DNA of 26,786 nucleotides from a virus: UHGV virus genome UHGV-0243142; one strand, 5' to 3'. Shown piece by piece: positions 24,003 to 26,786 of this stretch (position 1 is its first letter; each line of letters starts with the position of its first letter). The notes under the pieces were generated by a model. It saw only the letters and a program-made list of their open reading frames with translations, ran no database searches and was not told where the DNA came from. The position numbers and the translations under genes were made by a program.

Positions 24003-25704
24003 TTACTACTCAATTATCACTAACCGGGGTAAAGAACTGGAGGCGGAGGCGCTGGCCAGTGGTCGCCTGATTGTACTGACTCACTTTGTGGTGGGTGACA
24101 GTAATGGCAAGCAGGTTAAACCTGATCCGTCGCAAATCCGGTTGATCAATGAAACGTACCGGGGAGATATCGCTGAGCTGGTGGTGTCACCGGAGCAGTC
24201 CACGCAGTTAATGGCAAAAATCGTTCTGCCGACCGGGGTTGGTGGATTCACCGTTCGCGAAGTCGGTTTAATGACTGACGCCGGAGAGCTTTACGCGGTG
24301 GCAAACTGCCCATCGATCGATAAGCCGGTTGGTGGTGTCAGCGTTAATATGCAGTTTCGCCTGGCGGTATCAGATACCTCAAATATCACGCTGAATGTTG
24401 CTACAGGTGACGGCTTATTCCTGCGCATTGACCAGAATCTGAAAGAGATAAAAGCGCGGGGCGCGGAAGCACAAAAAACGTCGCGTGAATCCATTGGTGT
24501 CCTCGATGGCACGACACAACAAAGAGGGCTGGTTCAACTTAACAGCGCGGTGAACAGCACCAGTGAAACGCAGGCAGCCACCCCTGCCGCAGTTAAGATC
24601 GCAATGGATAATGCGAACGCGCGGCTGGCTAAAGACCGGAACGGCGGTGACATTCCGAATGTCGCATTATTTCTACAAAACCTTGGTCTGGGAAAGACCG
24701 ACTCTCCAGAGTTTGGTGGACTGAAGGCACCCTCTATAACTTTACGGGATGGAAAGATAAGCCTCACCTCTTCTACAGATGGTACGACATTAGTCTTTAC
24801 CGTGAGTGGGGAGCCTGTTGCAGAAATAAAAGCGGGTAGCTTCTTTCATAAAAAAATTATCTCTGCAGGTGAGGTTCTTCAGTCACCAAAATACATCTTC
24901 AGGGATGGGGATATTATTTTCTACTCAGGTCCAAATAATCTTGTCATGCAGGTTGACGGTAAAGATGTTGCGACGCTAACGCCAGAAAATTTTTATCATG
25001 TCAAACAGGTCGCTGCCGCTGAATCCTTGAGTGCACCAAAAGTGATTCTCAGGCCTGGCGATGTGAACCTCGTTTCCGGGAAAAATAACCTGGTTATTCA
25101 GGTTGGCGGTAACGATGTTGCAACGCTAACGCCAGAAAATTTTTATCACGTTAAACAGGTAGCCGCGGCTGAATCACTTAAGGCACCAAAGGTCATATTG
25201 CGTGATGGCGATGTAAATCTAATTAGCGGCGCTAACAACCTGGTTATTCAGGTTGGTGGCAACGATATTGCCTCGCTGACCCCGGGAAATAATTTCTTTA
25301 AAGGAAAACTCACAGCTGAAAACAGTCTCCAGGTTGGTAGTACCTGCATCCTGGCTACTGACGGTAATTTAACAGGAAGTAAATGGGGCGGCTGGCTGGA
25401 CGCATTCATGAAAGACGGCATGTCTACTGACGGGAATGGGTTGTGGTGGGATGCTTTTTCATCTCAGCTCCAGTTCCGTGTCGGTGACTGGAACATACCT
25501 GATGTAGCAGGAGGAGCAGGCACTAGTGTGACTTTCCCCAAAGCGTTTAAAAATGGGTGCCTTATGGTTATTCCCATCCCTGGCGATGGCGGCTCCTCAG
25601 AGCAGATAGGAAGTCAGAGTTACTCAGCTTCTGGCGCGGTACTTCAAAAAGGTGCGAGTGATAAAAACCCTCGCTCCGGCAAATATCTGGCAATCGGATA
25701 CTGA
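23995..25704 (+). CDS. Tail fibre protein (P2 gpH / lambda Stf-like N-terminus)
   Basis: ATG overlaps the gpI stop. N-terminus MADYYSIITNRGKELEAEALASGRLIVLTHFVVGDSNG...VREVGLMTDAGELYAVAN is the conserved tail-fibre N-terminal (baseplate-attachment) domain. Tandem repeats lie in the shaft. Confidence 0.8.
   Translation: MADYYSIITNRGKELEAEALASGRLIVLTHFVVGDSNGKQVKPDPSQIRLINETYRGDIAELVVSPEQSTQLMAKIVLPTGVGGFTVREVGLMTDAGELYAVANCPSIDKPVGGVSVNMQFRLAVSDTSNITLNVATGDGLFLRIDQNLKEIKARGAEAQKTSRESIGVLDGTTQQRGLVQLNSAVNSTSETQAATPAAVKIAMDNANARLAKDRNGGDIPNVALFLQNLGLGKTDSPEFGGLKAPSITLRDGKISLTSSTDGTTLVFTVSGEPVAEIKAGSFFHKKIISAGEVLQSPKYIFRDGDIIFYSGPNNLVMQVDGKDVATLTPENFYHVKQVAAAESLSAPKVILRPGDVNLVSGKNNLVIQVGGNDVATLTPENFYHVKQVAAAESLKAPKVILRDGDVNLISGANNLVIQVGGNDIASLTPGNNFFKGKLTAENSLQVGSTCILATDGNLTGSKWGGWLDAFMKDGMSTDGNGLWWDAFSSQLQFRVGDWNIPDVAGGAGTSVTFPKAFKNGCLMVIPIPGDGGSSEQIGSQSYSASGAVLQKGASDKNPRSGKYLAIGY
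24886..25300 (+). repeat. Tandem direct repeat, 150 bp unit, about 2.75 copies, inside the tail fibre gene
   Basis: The anchor CAGGTTG(A/G)CGGTAA recurs at 24949, 25099 and 25249, an exact 150 bp period. The encoded 50 aa units read NLV(M/I)QV(D/G)G(K/N)D(V/I)A(T/S)LTPENFYHVKQVAAAESL.APKVILR.GDVNL.SG. Confidence 0.7.
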
Positions 25705-25705
25705 T

Positions 25706-26308
25706 ATGAAATCACAACATTATTACAGCGCGTCATGGCGTGCCTTTTTTGCACTTCCTGATGATGAGGATAAGATTCCTGCCGAATGGCCGGTGGATGT
25801 TTTACCCGTTACTGATATGGATTATCAGCAGCTGCAGGTGGGGGTTAAAACGGGGAAAATTATCGTTCCCGATGATACCGGGCACCCGGTATTGTCGTGG
25901 CGATATTATTACAGCGCTTCACGCCAGGGGTTTTTCCCTGTAGATGACAAGCGTGAGTACGAATCTGGCGCGGGATGGCCTGAGGATGCAATTCCTGTTA
26001 CGGACACTGATTATAAGGCACTCTTTGATGCTCAGGGTAAAGGTAAAATCATTAAGCCTGATGACAATGGCTATCCTGTAGCGTCAGAACCTGTGATTGA
26101 TTATGTTGCGACCGCCGAAGCTGAGCGCACCCGCAGAATGTCAGCATTGACACTTCGTATCAATAGTCTTGTTGAGGCGCAGGATGATGGTGATATTACC
26201 GATTCTGAACTGGCCGAGCTAAATGCACTCCGGGAATGTCGTACTAAACTGCGGCGCCTGGATTTGAGTAGTGCGCCAGATGTTGAGTGGCCAGCATTTC
26301 CAGCATAG
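25706..26308 (+). CDS. Tail fibre assembly protein (Tfa / P2 gpG family)
   Basis: Starts 2 nt after the fibre gene stop. C-terminus ELAELNALRECRTKLRRLDLSSAPDVEWPAFPA matches the conserved Tfa C-terminal motif. The N-terminal region is internally duplicated. Confidence 0.8.
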   Translation: MKSQHYYSASWRAFFALPDDEDKIPAEWPVDVLPVTDMDYQQLQVGVKTGKIIVPDDTGHPVLSWRYYYSASRQGFFPVDDKREYESGAGWPEDAIPVTDTDYKALFDAQGKGKIIKPDDNGYPVASEPVIDYVATAEAERTRRMSALTLRINSLVEAQDDGDITDSELAELNALRECRTKLRRLDLSSAPDVEWPAFPA

Positions 26309-26317
26309 GAGCATTTA

Positions 26318-26366
26318 CGAAAATGAAAATCCGCCACAGCGTAATCAAAACGTAACTGTGGCGGAT
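26318..26366. terminator. Hairpin between convergent Tfa and dinI-like genes, probable terminator for the - strand gene
   Basis: Perfect 11 bp inverted repeat ATCCGCCACAG (26329-26339) / CTGTGGCGGAT (26356-26366) with a 16 nt loop. On the - strand it is followed by the U-rich tract AUUUUCAUUUUCG. Confidence 0.4.
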
Positions 26367-26377
26367 ATTGAAAAACT

Positions 26378-26620
26378 TTACTCACTCACTAACCAGAATT
26401 CAGCCTCTTCAAACATTTCCTGCACCGTTCGGCTTATCTGTTCTTTCTCATGCTTGCTGGCGTCAGTGTTGATCGCCGGCAGTGTCATCATCGGTTTTAC
26501 CCGAACATCAGCATCGGGGAAGATCCGGTGAACCCTACTGGTCAATTCGCCCAGAATGATATCTTTTGCACCGGGCAGACCATCAAAATTCCTTTTGTCA
26601 TAAACGAGTTCCACGAACAT
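26378..26620 (-). CDS. dinI: DinI-family SOS protein (prophage DinI-like)
   Basis: 80 aa. MFVELVYDKRNFDGLPGAKDIILGELTSRVHRIFPDADVRVKPMM...KEQISRTVQEMFEEAEFWLVSE parallels E. coli DinI (MRIEVTIAKT...ELSRRIQYAFPD...QETWESADDWFVSE, from memory). GGAG lies 9 nt upstream of the ATG on the - strand. Confidence 0.8.
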   Translation of the reverse strand: MFVELVYDKRNFDGLPGAKDIILGELTSRVHRIFPDADVRVKPMMTLPAINTDASKHEKEQISRTVQEMFEEAEFWLVSE

Positions 26621-26635
26621 TGAACATTGCTCCTT

Positions 26636-26655
26636 TACTGGATGTATATACAGTA
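26636..26655. promoter_or_regulatory. LexA operator (SOS box) for the dinI-like gene
   Basis: TACTGGATGTATATACAGTA matches the LexA consensus TACTGTATATATATACAGTA at 18 of 20 positions, with the CTG and CAG arms intact. It lies between the predicted -10 and the RBS of the dinI-like gene. Confidence 0.6.
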
Positions 26656-26684
26656 TTTATACTGTGTTTTTATCCGGTGTTCAA
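26656..26684 (-). promoter_or_regulatory. Sigma70-type promoter of the dinI-like gene
   Basis: Read on the - strand: TTGAAC (-35, + coordinates 26679-26684), a 17 nt spacer, then TATAAA (-10, + coordinates 26656-26661), immediately upstream of the LexA box. Confidence 0.5.
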
Positions 26685-26694
26685 GAGGGGTTAA

Positions 26695-26786
26695 ATGATG
26701 CCACGACGTAGCGATATTGAAATAGCCTGGTATGCTTCGATACAGCAAGAACCGAATGGCCGGAAGACTGTCACCACACAGCGATT
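26695..26786 (+). CDS. Hypothetical protein, 3'-truncated by the window edge
   Basis: An ORF opens at ATG 26695 (MMPRRSDIEIAWYASIQQEPNGRKTVTTQR...) with AGAGGGG about 4 nt upstream and runs off the window. It is divergent from the dinI-like gene. No family recognised. Confidence 0.3.
   Translation, partial: MMPRRSDIEIAWYASIQQEPNGRKTVTTQR

Noticed and set aside
26271-26531. 86 aa + strand ORF overlapping the dinI-like gene
   Set aside because: It is antisense to a well-supported DinI homologue and has no RBS or motif.
26650-26665. Second palindrome ACAGTATTTATACTGT next to the LexA box
   Set aside because: Its arms are ACAG...CTGT, the inverse of the LexA CTGT...ACAG arrangement, so it is not counted as a second SOS box. 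It overlaps the predicted -10 instead.
1-26786. CRISPR array, integrase or attachment site, rRNA or tRNA
   Set aside because: No regularly spaced direct repeats, no tyrosine or serine recombinase-like ORF and no RNA gene signatures were found. The window appears to lie wholly inside the late and structural region of the prophage.

Overview
This 26.8 kb window is the late region of a temperate enterobacterial prophage, with almost every gene on the + strand. Calls rest on reading the translations and motifs by eye; no database search was run. Order: 3' end of rusA, a Rha/KilAC antirepressor, a DUF968-like protein with an HNH-type C-terminus, a Q-like late regulator, a late promoter/terminator region, a two-gene moron (PapI/FaeA-like small wHTH protein plus a beta-class DPPY DNA methyltransferase), a lysis cassette (two holin-like proteins, GH19 endolysin, Rz with embedded Rz1), a lipoprotein moron with its own terminator, a lambda-like cos site, a lambda-type packaging and head module, then a P2-type contractile tail module ending in tail fibre and Tfa. 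A DinI-family gene lies convergent on the - strand behind a near-consensus LexA box. The phage is a mosaic of a lambda-type head and a myovirus tail. No rRNA, tRNA, CRISPR array, integrase or att site is visible. The best candidates for something undescribed are the wHTH plus methyltransferase pair at the Q-to-lysis position, the lipoprotein moron and the DUF968/HNH protein; none can be confirmed from sequence alone.
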